From a bacterium (GTDB taxonomy: Bacteria > Patescibacteriota > Minisyncoccia > Phycocordibacterales > UBA5272), in the NCBI GenBank assembly GCA_023267535.1, contig JAHFNC010000002.1, forward strand, positions 55,426-119,425: 64,000 nt of DNA, read 5' to 3'. The notes under the pieces are model-generated. The model saw only the letters and a program-made list of their open reading frames with translations, did not search any database and was not told the DNA's origin. A program made the position numbers and the translations under genes. Below, piece by piece: positions 9,997 to 18,315 of this stretch. The first letter of the stretch is position 1. Each line of letters begins with the position of its first letter.

Positions 9997-11298
9997 ATGT
10001 TCAAGAATATTTTAATGGGAGCTGGAGTCGGTGCAGCACTCTTCGCAATTTTGATTTTTTCTGGGAAAATTCCAATTGGAAGTAGTTCCGGACCTAAGTT
10101 AACGGGAACCGTAGCTATTTGGGGAACAATTCCCGAAGCGTATATGGACGGAATGCTTCAGCAATATAATATTCAAGCTAAAACTTACACTGTTAGTTAC
10201 AAAGAAATAAAAGAAGATGTTTTTGTTCCGAAATTAATTGATGCATTGGCTAATGGTACGGGACCAGACATGATAATTGCACCATATCAAATAATTCTTT
10301 CGCAATTGTCTAAGATTTATCCATTTCCAGCTACCAGTCTTCCAGAAACAACTTTTAAAACTAATCTGGTAGATGCAGCTTCTGTATTTTGGACTCCTTA
10401 TGGAGCAATCGCTTTGCCAATATCAGTAGAACCAATGGTTTTGTTCTACAATCGTAGTATTTTATCTAAAGACGGTATAGTAAATCCGCCAGCTTATTGG
10501 AATGAGGTTTCAGACATGGCTCCAGCTGTAAATCAGGGTGGAAATGGAGGAACATTTAATGAAAGCACTATAGCCTTAGGCACAGTAAATAATGTTCCTT
10601 ACGCTAAAGATATTTTGATGACTATGGTTAAACAATTAAGACAGACACCAGTTGTTCAAAATTTTACGACAAACGGAGTAAATTATTCTATTTCAGCAAA
10701 TGACAAAATAAATAATTCTTCTGATGTTTTACCGTTATCAGCTTCTATAAGATTCTTTACACAATTTTCTGACCCAACAAAAAATACCTTCTCGTGGAAT
10801 TCTTTCGCTCCTAACGCCGTTGATCAATTCATTGCTGAGAAACTTGCTTTATATATTGGATATTCTGGAGATGAAAGAACAATTAGAGAACAAAATCAAA
10901 AATTAGATTTAGGAGTGACTTATTTACCTCAAGCCAAGGGATACAATTCTTTCGCTACTGGAGTTCGCATGTATGGTATTACTACACTTAGACAAACTAA
11001 AAATTCGCAAGTGGCATTAACTGTAGAAGCGGACTTTGCTGGATCAGTATGGGGACCACAACTAGCAGCTGCCTTAGGCGGAGTTCCAGCTCTAAAAAAT
11101 CTTTTAAGTGATCCTAATCTTTCAATTGTTCTTGCTAAAAGCACTCTTGGGGCTTCTGCTTGGTATGATATTGCACCAGATGCCACTTATTCCTTATTTT
11201 TAAACACTATAAACGATATTGTTACGGGTAGACAGAATGTTACTGACGGAACTGATATAATGGTTGCAAGAATGTCTGATTTATATAATCCGAAATAA
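9997..11298 (+). CDS. Membrane-anchored extracellular solute-binding-protein-like protein (family 1 SBP-like)
   Basis: An N-terminal TM anchor followed by VAIWGT...GTGPDMIIAPY, which is typical of MalE-type SBPs. There is no permease or ATPase partner in the window. Confidence 0.4.
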   Translation: MFKNILMGAGVGAALFAILIFSGKIPIGSSSGPKLTGTVAIWGTIPEAYMDGMLQQYNIQAKTYTVSYKEIKEDVFVPKLIDALANGTGPDMIIAPYQIILSQLSKIYPFPATSLPETTFKTNLVDAASVFWTPYGAIALPISVEPMVLFYNRSILSKDGIVNPPAYWNEVSDMAPAVNQGGNGGTFNESTIALGTVNNVPYAKDILMTMVKQLRQTPVVQNFTTNGVNYSISANDKINNSSDVLPLSASIRFFTQFSDPTKNTFSWNSFAPNAVDQFIAEKLALYIGYSGDERTIREQNQKLDLGVTYLPQAKGYNSFATGVRMYGITTLRQTKNSQVALTVEADFAGSVWGPQLAAALGGVPALKNLLSDPNLSIVLAKSTLGASAWYDIAPDATYSLFLNTINDIVTGRQNVTDGTDIMVARMSDLYNPK

Positions 11299-12074
11299 TG
11301 AAAAAGATTTTATTAACAATACTACCGCTATCCTTACTTTCTTCTGTTTACGCTGCTGGACTTGTTGTTTGTGGTGAACTCTCTGAATGTACAATCGCTG
11401 ATTTTTGGAAACAATTTCAATCTATGGGAAGTTGGGTTATACAAATCGCAATTATTTTTATAATTGTGATTATTGTTTACGCAGCGGTGAAAATGATACT
11501 GGCACGAGATAAAGTTGGGGAATTAAACGAAGCTAAAAAGCATTTATGGAATGTAGCTATTGGTATCGCTATTATTGTGGCAATTACTGTAGGAGGGTAT
11601 GTAGCTATTTTGAAAACTCTTGGAGTAAATGATACTTTCCTTCATATTTTTAATGGAAGCACAAGATCATCAATGAATTTAAATTTCTTTGAACGAGCTT
11701 ATGCTGATAATTGGGCTCAGACTGCGCCGTATTTAGGATTTGCGACAGCAAGTCCCGCACAAACGCAATTATATAACTCTATACAACAAAGCGCTGGAAA
11801 TAACGACACCTTACCTAACCCACTTTCGGTAAACACCATCACTGGATTTCTTATCTTGGTGGTGAGATTGGTTATCAGATGGTTTGTTTTCCCGGTTATT
11901 ATTTTTGCATGGTTCTTTACTGGGTTTAAGTTTGTGGCAGCTCAGGGAAATCCTACCAAATTAAATGAAGCTAGAAGTTATTTATGGTGGACGCTAATCG
12001 GAACTGTTATAATACTTCTAGCACAAGGGTTTGCCTATGCGCTTCGCGATACTATTAATCAAATATTTTCTTAA
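11298..12074 (+). CDS. T4SS-pilin-like (TrbC/VirB2-type) protein, internally duplicated
   Basis: Signal peptide, a Cys pair (CGELSEC), then two hydrophobic helices. The whole module repeats in the C-terminal half (NEAKKHLW / NEARSYLWW). Confidence 0.5.
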   Translation: MKKILLTILPLSLLSSVYAAGLVVCGELSECTIADFWKQFQSMGSWVIQIAIIFIIVIIVYAAVKMILARDKVGELNEAKKHLWNVAIGIAIIVAITVGGYVAILKTLGVNDTFLHIFNGSTRSSMNLNFFERAYADNWAQTAPYLGFATASPAQTQLYNSIQQSAGNNDTLPNPLSVNTITGFLILVVRLVIRWFVFPVIIFAWFFTGFKFVAAQGNPTKLNEARSYLWWTLIGTVIILLAQGFAYALRDTINQIFS

Positions 12075-12084
12075 TTAATTATTT

Positions 12085-13323
12085 ATGAGTAAAAAATTTC
12101 TTATAATCGTTTCAGTTTTATCTCTTCCAACATTTGTGTACGCTCAGTCATCAGGATCAATAAACTTTTCAGGTCTTGGAAGTCTCATAAATAGTTTTAC
12201 GACTAATGTGGTTCAGTCGACCGCTTATCTATTTTTAACAACAGCACTGGTTGTCTTTTTTTACGGAGTTATACAGTTTATTTTTAATGCTAGAGAGGGA
12301 AAAGATGTAGATAATGGAAAGAAATTTATGCTTTGGGGATTAATTGCTCTTTTTGTTATGTTTTCTGTTTGGGGAATAGTTAAATTTGCTCAGGGAGTGT
12401 TAGGTATTCAAGGAATATCTACAATTAACGTCCCACAAGTTATATTCGGAAATGGTGGTGGAAGTAATAATAGTGGATTGCCAACTGGATTTAATGGAGG
12501 TAACAATAGTGGAGGAAATATTATTAATACTGGAGGTACTGTTAGTCCTGCTGCTCAAGCAGCTGCCGCTCAAACTTATAACAATTGTATGGCTGCCGGC
12601 GGAGGTAATTCTTGTACCACAGCTTATAATAATGCGATGAATTCTGGAGGCGGAACGACCACAAATGTTCCTCTCGGTGGAACATGTGCTTATACTGGTA
12701 ATTGTGCCGGAACACTTATCTGTACCAACGGCAGATGTACAAATTCAGGTAATTCTGGAAACGGTAATGTTACTACTGGCGGTGTATGTAATTACACAGG
12801 TGATTGTGTGGGTACAGATATTTGTACTAATAACAGATGCGTAAGTTCGGGCAATTCTGGAAATGGTAATGTTACTACTGGTGGTGTATGTAATTACACA
12901 GGTGATTGTGTGGGTACAGATGTTTGTACTAATAACAGATGTGTCAGTTCAGGTAATTCTGGAAACATGAGCACACCTTTAGGTGGTGTATGTAATTACA
13001 ATGGCGATTGCGCGGGGACACTTGTTTGTGTCGCAAGCAGGTGTGCTGAATCTAGTAATTCCAGCTCTGGTGCTTGCAGTCAAGATAGAACAGGAAATGC
13101 TTGTAAAACAGCAACTGGTAACGACGGAACATGTCAGTCAACTCCAGATGGATCGGGCGTAGAATGTGTGGTGGCTGGTTCATCTAGTGGTAATGCTAAT
13201 TCAAATACTACCGGTATTGGTGAAGGTGGTAGTTGTACAGAGAATCCTTCAGCTTGTCAACGTGGACTTGAGTGTGTTGATGATGGACAAGGTGGTATGG
13301 TCTGTGCTCCACCTCAATTATAA
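12085..13323 (+). CDS. T4SS-pilin-like N-terminal module fused to a Gly/Asn-rich linker and 34-aa Cys-rich tandem repeats
   Basis: The N-terminus (FMLWGLIALFVMFSVWGIVKFAQG) is paralogous to its neighbours. The C-terminal half has 4 or more repeats of G.VCNYTGDC.GT..CTNNRC. Confidence 0.5.
   Translation: MSKKFLIIVSVLSLPTFVYAQSSGSINFSGLGSLINSFTTNVVQSTAYLFLTTALVVFFYGVIQFIFNAREGKDVDNGKKFMLWGLIALFVMFSVWGIVKFAQGVLGIQGISTINVPQVIFGNGGGSNNSGLPTGFNGGNNSGGNIINTGGTVSPAAQAAAAQTYNNCMAAGGGNSCTTAYNNAMNSGGGTTTNVPLGGTCAYTGNCAGTLICTNGRCTNSGNSGNGNVTTGGVCNYTGDCVGTDICTNNRCVSSGNSGNGNVTTGGVCNYTGDCVGTDVCTNNRCVSSGNSGNMSTPLGGVCNYNGDCAGTLVCVASRCAESSNSSSGACSQDRTGNACKTATGNDGTCQSTPDGSGVECVVAGSSSGNANSNTTGIGEGGSCTENPSACQRGLECVDDGQGGMVCAPPQL
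12646..13056 (+). repeat. 102-bp (34-codon) tandem repeat array inside CDS 12085..13323
   Basis: The ggtaattctggaaa... unit recurs at 12748, about 12850 and 12952, with degenerate flanking units. Confidence 0.7.
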
Positions 13324-13409
13324 ATAGAAAACAGGTTGTTAACTTCTACCTTGCCTTTTAATCCATTAATACTTATACTTAAATAAACAATTTATAAAAT
13401 AAAATTATT

Positions 13410-13838
13410 ATGAAAAAAACATTTTTGGCGTTGGGTTTATTAGCTACTTCGTTTGCGGTCACATTTGCACAATTTTCTATAAGCGTTGGTAATGGAGGAG
13501 GAAGTGTGGTTATAGGAAACGGAGCAAGTCAAAATGTGGGAGGAAACCTTCTTTCACTTTTGGCTACTGCTCAGACTATCGTTAACAGACTTCTTCCTTT
13601 TGGAATTGGACTTGCTGTTGTGGCTCTTGTTTTCGGAATCGCAATGTTCATTATCAAAGGAACAAAGGATGGTGGAGAACACGATAAGTGGCTAAAGTTC
13701 ATTGGAATGTCTTTGGTTGGAATATTCGTTATGGTTTCTATTTGGGGACTTATCGGATTTATGGGTTCAGTTCTAGGAATCGGACAAGGTGGTTCAGTTC
13801 CTGTCCCTTCAATTCCAACTGGTCCTAACGCTGGATAA
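13410..13838 (+). CDS. T4SS-pilin-like (TrbC/VirB2-type) protein
   Basis: Signal peptide plus two hydrophobic helices and the same KWLKFIGMSLVGIFVMVSIWG pattern as its paralogs. Confidence 0.5.
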   Translation: MKKTFLALGLLATSFAVTFAQFSISVGNGGGSVVIGNGASQNVGGNLLSLLATAQTIVNRLLPFGIGLAVVALVFGIAMFIIKGTKDGGEHDKWLKFIGMSLVGIFVMVSIWGLIGFMGSVLGIGQGGSVPVPSIPTGPNAG

Positions 13839-13865
13839 TAATTTTAAATTTTAAAATCTCTCAAA

Positions 13866-13896
13866 AACAACCTGACTTTAGTCGGGTTGTTTTTCC
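13866..13896 (+). terminator. Rho-independent terminator
   Basis: caacctgac-ttta-gtcgggttg hairpin followed by TTTTT. Confidence 0.55.
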
Positions 13897-13933
13897 TTTT
13901 ACGTCTATTTTGCTTCTTTTTTTATAATTTTCT

Positions 13934-14218
13934 TTGTATACTAGTTGCATGGGAACTTCAGTTCTAACGGGGGAAAAAATATATCAGAATTTTATGGGAG
14001 GATTTGTAAATCCTCTTTTACAAATAGGATATGTATTAACTTTTACATATTTTTTATATGGAGTAGCGTATTATCTTTGGCAAATGAATAAAGAAGAAGC
14101 CAGAGAAAAAGCCAGACTACATTTACTTTGGGGAACTATTGGGCTATTTATTATGTTTTCTATAAACGGAATTCTTAAAGTTCTAAATTCTTCAGTTGGT
14201 GGATTTTTCGGATATTAA
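13934..14218 (+). CDS. Small T4SS-pilin-like protein
   Basis: A 94-aa ORF with the two-helix pattern (LLWGTIGLFIMFSINGILKVL) shared with the upstream paralogs. Confidence 0.4.
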   Translation: MYTSCMGTSVLTGEKIYQNFMGGFVNPLLQIGYVLTFTYFLYGVAYYLWQMNKEEAREKARLHLLWGTIGLFIMFSINGILKVLNSSVGGFFGY

Positions 14219-14253
14219 TTTTAAAAAGAAGTAGGAAGTATGAAGCAAGAATA

Positions 14254-14290
14254 AAGGGTGAATCAGCTTGGCTGGTTCACCCTTCTTGAT
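14254..14290 (+). terminator. Rho-independent terminator
   Basis: Nested hairpin agggtgaa...ttcaccct followed by a T-rich tract. Confidence 0.5.
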
Positions 14291-14321
14291 TCTTTTAATC
14301 CTTTCATCTTGCTTCTTTTTT

Positions 14322-14348
14322 ATGATAGAATGACTTTTATATATGTCA
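14322..14348 (+). promoter_or_regulatory. 27-nt promoter/start module ATGATAGAATGACTTTTATATATGTCA, copy 1
   Basis: An extended -10 TGaTAGAAT 11 nt before the ATG at 14343. It is an exact duplicate of the sequence at 14853. Confidence 0.45.
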
Positions 14349-14807
14349 AAACTTAAATTAAAGAATATAATATATCCTTTGGTTCTTGTTTTAGTTTTAG
14401 TTTTATCTTTTTTTTATTATAAAAATATAAAATCCTCCGAGTATCAAATTAAATCTTCCGAAAAAGAAAACACAACTCTTCTTGAGGAAATAAAAGCAGT
14501 AAACATATCTCCAAGCAAAGAATCCACAAGTTCCGCTATCAAAGGTCAAGAAGACCCAGCGCAAACAGCAAAAGAAGAACTTTATAGAATAAAAGCTCTT
14601 GTAGGGAGACATATAGCATTGCCTGATGACGAAGAACCAACCTTAGCGACAGTTTCCAATCTAGAAAGACTTCGTGGGCAAGAATTTTTTAAAAGAGCGG
14701 AACTAGGTGACAAGGTTTTACTTTATGTTCCTTCAGGAAAGGCAATTTTATATAGTGTAAGAAAAGACCAAATACTTGAAGTCTCTTCGTTTAGTACAGG
14801 AAAGTAA
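14343..14807 (+). CDS. Hypothetical membrane-anchored protein
   Basis: An N-terminal TM helix (LVLVLVLVLSFFYY) followed by a soluble domain. No family recognised. Confidence 0.4.
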   Translation: MSKLKLKNIIYPLVLVLVLVLSFFYYKNIKSSEYQIKSSEKENTTLLEEIKAVNISPSKESTSSAIKGQEDPAQTAKEELYRIKALVGRHIALPDDEEPTLATVSNLERLRGQEFFKRAELGDKVLLYVPSGKAILYSVRKDQILEVSSFSTGK

Positions 14808-14852
14808 TCCAGCGCATCTTGTATTAAAAGCGGTGGAAAGTATATTTTATAA

Positions 14853-14879
14853 ATGATAGAATGACTTTTATATATGTCA
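14853..14879 (+). promoter_or_regulatory. 27-nt promoter/start module, copy 2, for glyQS
   Basis: Identical to 14322..14348. ATG at 14874. Confidence 0.45.
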
Positions 14880-16202
14880 GAAACAAATACTAATGGGAAA
14901 GTTGATATGGAAAAAATAGTCTCTCTTTGTAAAAGAAGAGGGTTTATTTTTCCAGGTAGCGAAATATACGGAGGACTTGCTGGAACTTTTGATTATGGTC
15001 CACTTGGAGTGGCTTTAAAGAAAAATATACAGAATAGCTGGTGGAATCATTTTGTTACCAACCGGGATGATATTTATGGCATTGATGCTGATATTTTAAT
15101 GAATCCCAAAGCTTGGGAAGCATCTGGTCACGTCTCTGGATTTTCTGACCCACTTGTGGAATGTCCAAAATGTAAAAAGAGATTTCGTGAAGATACTGTT
15201 GAAGCGGGAACTGATGGTATAAGACGTTGTCCTGATGATAAAGAAGTTCTCGGAGCGTCACGTCAGTTTAATATGATGTTTAAGACTCAAATTGGTGCTA
15301 CCGAAGATCAAAATTCTATTTCCTATCTTCGTCCAGAGACGGCTGGAGGAATGTTTGTTAATTTCAAAAATGTAGTTGATAGTTTCCACCCAAAATTATC
15401 TTTTGGATTAGCTCAAATTGGTAAAGCTTTTAGAAATGAAATTGCCCCAAGAGATTTTATCTTTCGTTTGCGCGAAATGGAGCAAATGGAAATAGAATAT
15501 TTTTGTCATCCATCAAAATGGGAAGAAACTTTTGAACATTTAAGAAAAGAATTTAAAGCGTGGATGATGTCTGTTGGACTACCAGAAAAATCAATTCACG
15601 AAATAGAAATAGGGGATAATGACCGAGCTCATTACAGTAAAAGAACCATTGATTTTGAGTTTGATTTTCCAATTGGGCAAAAGGAATTAGCTGGCCTTGC
15701 ATATCGTACTGATTTTGATTTAAAGCAACACAGTGAATTTAGTAAAACTGATTTATCATATTTTGATGAAGAAACAAAGGAGAGATTTATTCCACACTGC
15801 ATAGAGCCATCAATTGGTGTGGAAAGAACAGTGCTCGCAGTTTTAACTAGCGCATACAGAGAAGAAGAAGTTGAGGGTGAGACACGCACTGTACTTGCTT
15901 TTGTTCCGTCTGTTGCACCAATTCAAATTGCCGTGCTTCCACTTTCTAAAAAAGACGAGCTTTCTGTGCCAGCACAAGAGATTGTTAAAAAATTAAGAAA
16001 AATAGCACGTGTTCAATATGATGAAACTCAGTCAATTGGTAAACGTTACAGAAGGCAAGATGAAATCGGTACTCCATATTGTGTGACCGTTGATTTTGAT
16101 AGTCTAAATGACAAAATGGTAACTGTCAGAGACAGAGACACAATGAAGCAAGAAAGAATTGCTATTGATAAATTAGAAGAGTATTTTAATGGGAAATTTT
16201 AG
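14874..16202 (+). CDS. glyQS: Glycine--tRNA ligase (dimeric GlyQS type)
   Basis: FIFPGSEIYGGLAGTFDYGPLG, the class II motifs and the anticodon-binding C-terminus are present. Confidence 0.9.
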   Translation: MSETNTNGKVDMEKIVSLCKRRGFIFPGSEIYGGLAGTFDYGPLGVALKKNIQNSWWNHFVTNRDDIYGIDADILMNPKAWEASGHVSGFSDPLVECPKCKKRFREDTVEAGTDGIRRCPDDKEVLGASRQFNMMFKTQIGATEDQNSISYLRPETAGGMFVNFKNVVDSFHPKLSFGLAQIGKAFRNEIAPRDFIFRLREMEQMEIEYFCHPSKWEETFEHLRKEFKAWMMSVGLPEKSIHEIEIGDNDRAHYSKRTIDFEFDFPIGQKELAGLAYRTDFDLKQHSEFSKTDLSYFDEETKERFIPHCIEPSIGVERTVLAVLTSAYREEEVEGETRTVLAFVPSVAPIQIAVLPLSKKDELSVPAQEIVKKLRKIARVQYDETQSIGKRYRRQDEIGTPYCVTVDFDSLNDKMVTVRDRDTMKQERIAIDKLEEYFNGKF

Positions 16203-16258
16203 ATAAAATAAGCCTATTTGTTGCAAAACATTGCAAAATAGGTTAACATTTGAAAACT

Positions 16259-16420
16259 ATGTCAAAAGTTCAAGATCATCTAATAATAATGAAGAATAAG
16301 GAATCTGGCGAGGTTTATCATACAACCAAGAACAAGAAGCAAATTACTCGCAAGATTGAGCTTAAGAAGTATTCAAAGAAGCTACGTAAGCATGTGATGT
16401 TCAAAGAGAGTAAAAAATAA
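16259..16420 (+). CDS. rpmG: 50S ribosomal protein L33
   Basis: Manual translation gives MSKVQDHLIIMKNKESGEVYHTTKNKKQITRKIELKKYSKKLRKHVMFKESKK, which carries the YTTTKNKK...LELKKY..RKH L33 signature. At 53 aa it falls below the ORF-track cutoff. Confidence 0.8.
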   Translation: MSKVQDHLIIMKNKESGEVYHTTKNKKQITRKIELKKYSKKLRKHVMFKESKK

Positions 16421-16427
16421 TTAAAAA

Positions 16428-16538
16428 GTCAGAAATTGCGAAGCTACTTTGTCACGAGTTCATTTTTGTTAGTCGCCGTAGTCTTCTACGTCTTCTTCCA
16501 AAAATTTCTCGTTTCGTGTATCTTCATCAATTTCTGAC
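16428..16538. mobile_element. 111-bp MITE-like element, copy 2
   Basis: Ends GTCAGAAATTGCGAAGCTACTTTGTC...GTATCTTCATCAATTTCTGAC match copy 1. It sits directly after the rpmG stop. Confidence 0.5.
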
Positions 16539-16601
16539 TTTTTAAAATTTCTACACCTTAAATATAAAACACACGAAGTTAATCGTGTGTTTTAGTTTTT
16601 G

Positions 16602-16673
16602 CGGGCCCACGAGGATTCGAACCTCGGTCAACGGTTTTGGAGACCGGCATACTACCACTGTACTATAGGCCCA
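16602..16673 (-). tRNA. tRNA-Trp (anticodon CCA)
   Basis: The cloverleaf was folded by hand: acceptor GGGCCTA/TGGGCCC, T-arm CGAGG-TTCGAAT-CCTCG, anticodon loop CTCCAAA. Confidence 0.75.
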
Positions 16674-16833
16674 TGTTTGAGTATTCTATCATACAAAGCA
16701 AACGAGCTGAAGGGTTTAGTGTTTGTACACAAGAACAGGCGTATTTCTCATTCACACGTTCTTCATGTTGGTTGTAATAGAATCTGGTTATGTTCGTCTA
16801 ACATTAAGGTAGGCTTGAACTTATAATCTAAAT

Positions 16834-17472
16834 ATGAAAAATCTAAAAATTATGAATAAATTAAATATTGCGCTCGGATCTATTGCGTTACTACTTGGTT
16901 TTATAGTAGTTCCAGCTAGTGCGGCACATGGCAACGGGATTATGAAAGGAGTAAGTGGAGCAAGAATGATGACAGGGCAAAAGGCAATGCTAGTTGGAAA
17001 AGTTAGATCCATTAGCGGAAGTAGTTTGGTTGTATCAGGAAAGAGTGGGTCTTACAACGTAAATATATCTAATGCGATTATTTTTAAAGCAAACGTTAAG
17101 GCGTCTATTACAGATATAGCTATTGGTGACACTCTTTACGTGCAAGGAATGCCTGTGGGAAGAAATATAAACGCTACTCGCGTAGAGGATAAAAGTTTAG
17201 TCGCATCTGTAACTAAAATTAATACTAAAACTAATAATGTAACCAATAATGTTCAGGCTTCATCCGTTAACACTAATGACCAAACTATAAATCCAGTTGT
17301 ACCGCAAACAGTTACGCCGACACCTACTCAGACTGTGACCGCTAATCCTGTAACTAATGTAACAGACCCTGTCGCACAAGCTATGATAAGTAATAGGGTA
17401 TTTCGTGGTATGGCTGGTTTATTACAAGCGGCAGGAATACCATTAAATCAACCAATTGTTAGAAGAAGATAA
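16834..17472 (+). CDS. Secreted hypothetical protein (signal peptide, beta-rich, Thr/Asn/Val-rich tail)
   Basis: N-terminal signal peptide MKNLKIMNKLNIALGSIALLLGFIVVPASA. No catalytic motif. Confidence 0.45.
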   Translation: MKNLKIMNKLNIALGSIALLLGFIVVPASAAHGNGIMKGVSGARMMTGQKAMLVGKVRSISGSSLVVSGKSGSYNVNISNAIIFKANVKASITDIAIGDTLYVQGMPVGRNINATRVEDKSLVASVTKINTKTNNVTNNVQASSVNTNDQTINPVVPQTVTPTPTQTVTANPVTNVTDPVAQAMISNRVFRGMAGLLQAAGIPLNQPIVRRR

Positions 17473-17631
17473 TAAAAAGAAGTTCAAGCTCTCTTGTTAC
17501 CGACAATTTGAGTTATTGACATTTTGTATTAATTTTGTAGTAATATAGATAAACGGGGATTGGGTTCGTTTAGGTTTTTGAGTTTTTAAATAGTTAGTTT
17601 TAATAATTAACATAAATACTAAAATCATTTT

Positions 17632-18315
17632 ATGAGAGTCCTTATTGTCGAAGATGAAGAGTCTTTGGCGGAACTAGTTAAAGACGGATTGGAAAACGAA
17701 GGGTATGCCGTAGACCATATTGCTGATGGCACTTTGGCTGAAAGGAGAATTTTAATTAATCATCAAGATTACGATATTATAATTCTTGATTTAACTCTAC
17801 CAGGTAAAACTGGATTTCAAATTTGCACATCTCTTCGTGAAAGAGGAATCTCTACTCCAGTACTCGCCCTCACTGCCAGAAGTGACATTACCGATAAGGT
17901 TGCCATGCTTGATTGTGGAGCCGATGATTATTTGGTTAAGCCCTTTATGTTTAAAGAACTCTTAGCAAGAATAAGAGCGCTTACCAGAAGACCGAAAAAA
18001 ACTCTACCGGTGACACTTAAAATTGGTGGTTTAGAATTGGATAGTTCAAAAATGAAAGCAAGTTACGGAAAGAAAGAATTGAAATTAACTTTAAAAGAAT
18101 TTAGAGTCTTGGAAATTCTTATGAGAAACCCAGATGTTGCTGTAAATCGTGAAGATATATTAAGTAAAGTCTGGGACTTTGAGTTTAATTCTTTTTCTAA
18201 TATTTTAGATGTTCATATAAAAAACTTAAGAAAGAAAATTGGGGCAAAAGGAGAAAAACTGATTGAAACTGTTCGTGGTATAGGATATGTGCTAAGAAGC
18301 AAAGAGGCTGTTTAA
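17632..18315 (+). CDS. OmpR/PhoB-family response regulator (receiver plus winged helix)
   Basis: MRVLIVEDEESLAEL...DLTLPGKTGF...VKPF receiver, then a LTLKEFRVLEILM...VRGIGY winged-helix domain. Confidence 0.85.
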   Translation: MRVLIVEDEESLAELVKDGLENEGYAVDHIADGTLAERRILINHQDYDIIILDLTLPGKTGFQICTSLRERGISTPVLALTARSDITDKVAMLDCGADDYLVKPFMFKELLARIRALTRRPKKTLPVTLKIGGLELDSSKMKASYGKKELKLTLKEFRVLEILMRNPDVAVNREDILSKVWDFEFNSFSNILDVHIKNLRKKIGAKGEKLIETVRGIGYVLRSKEAV

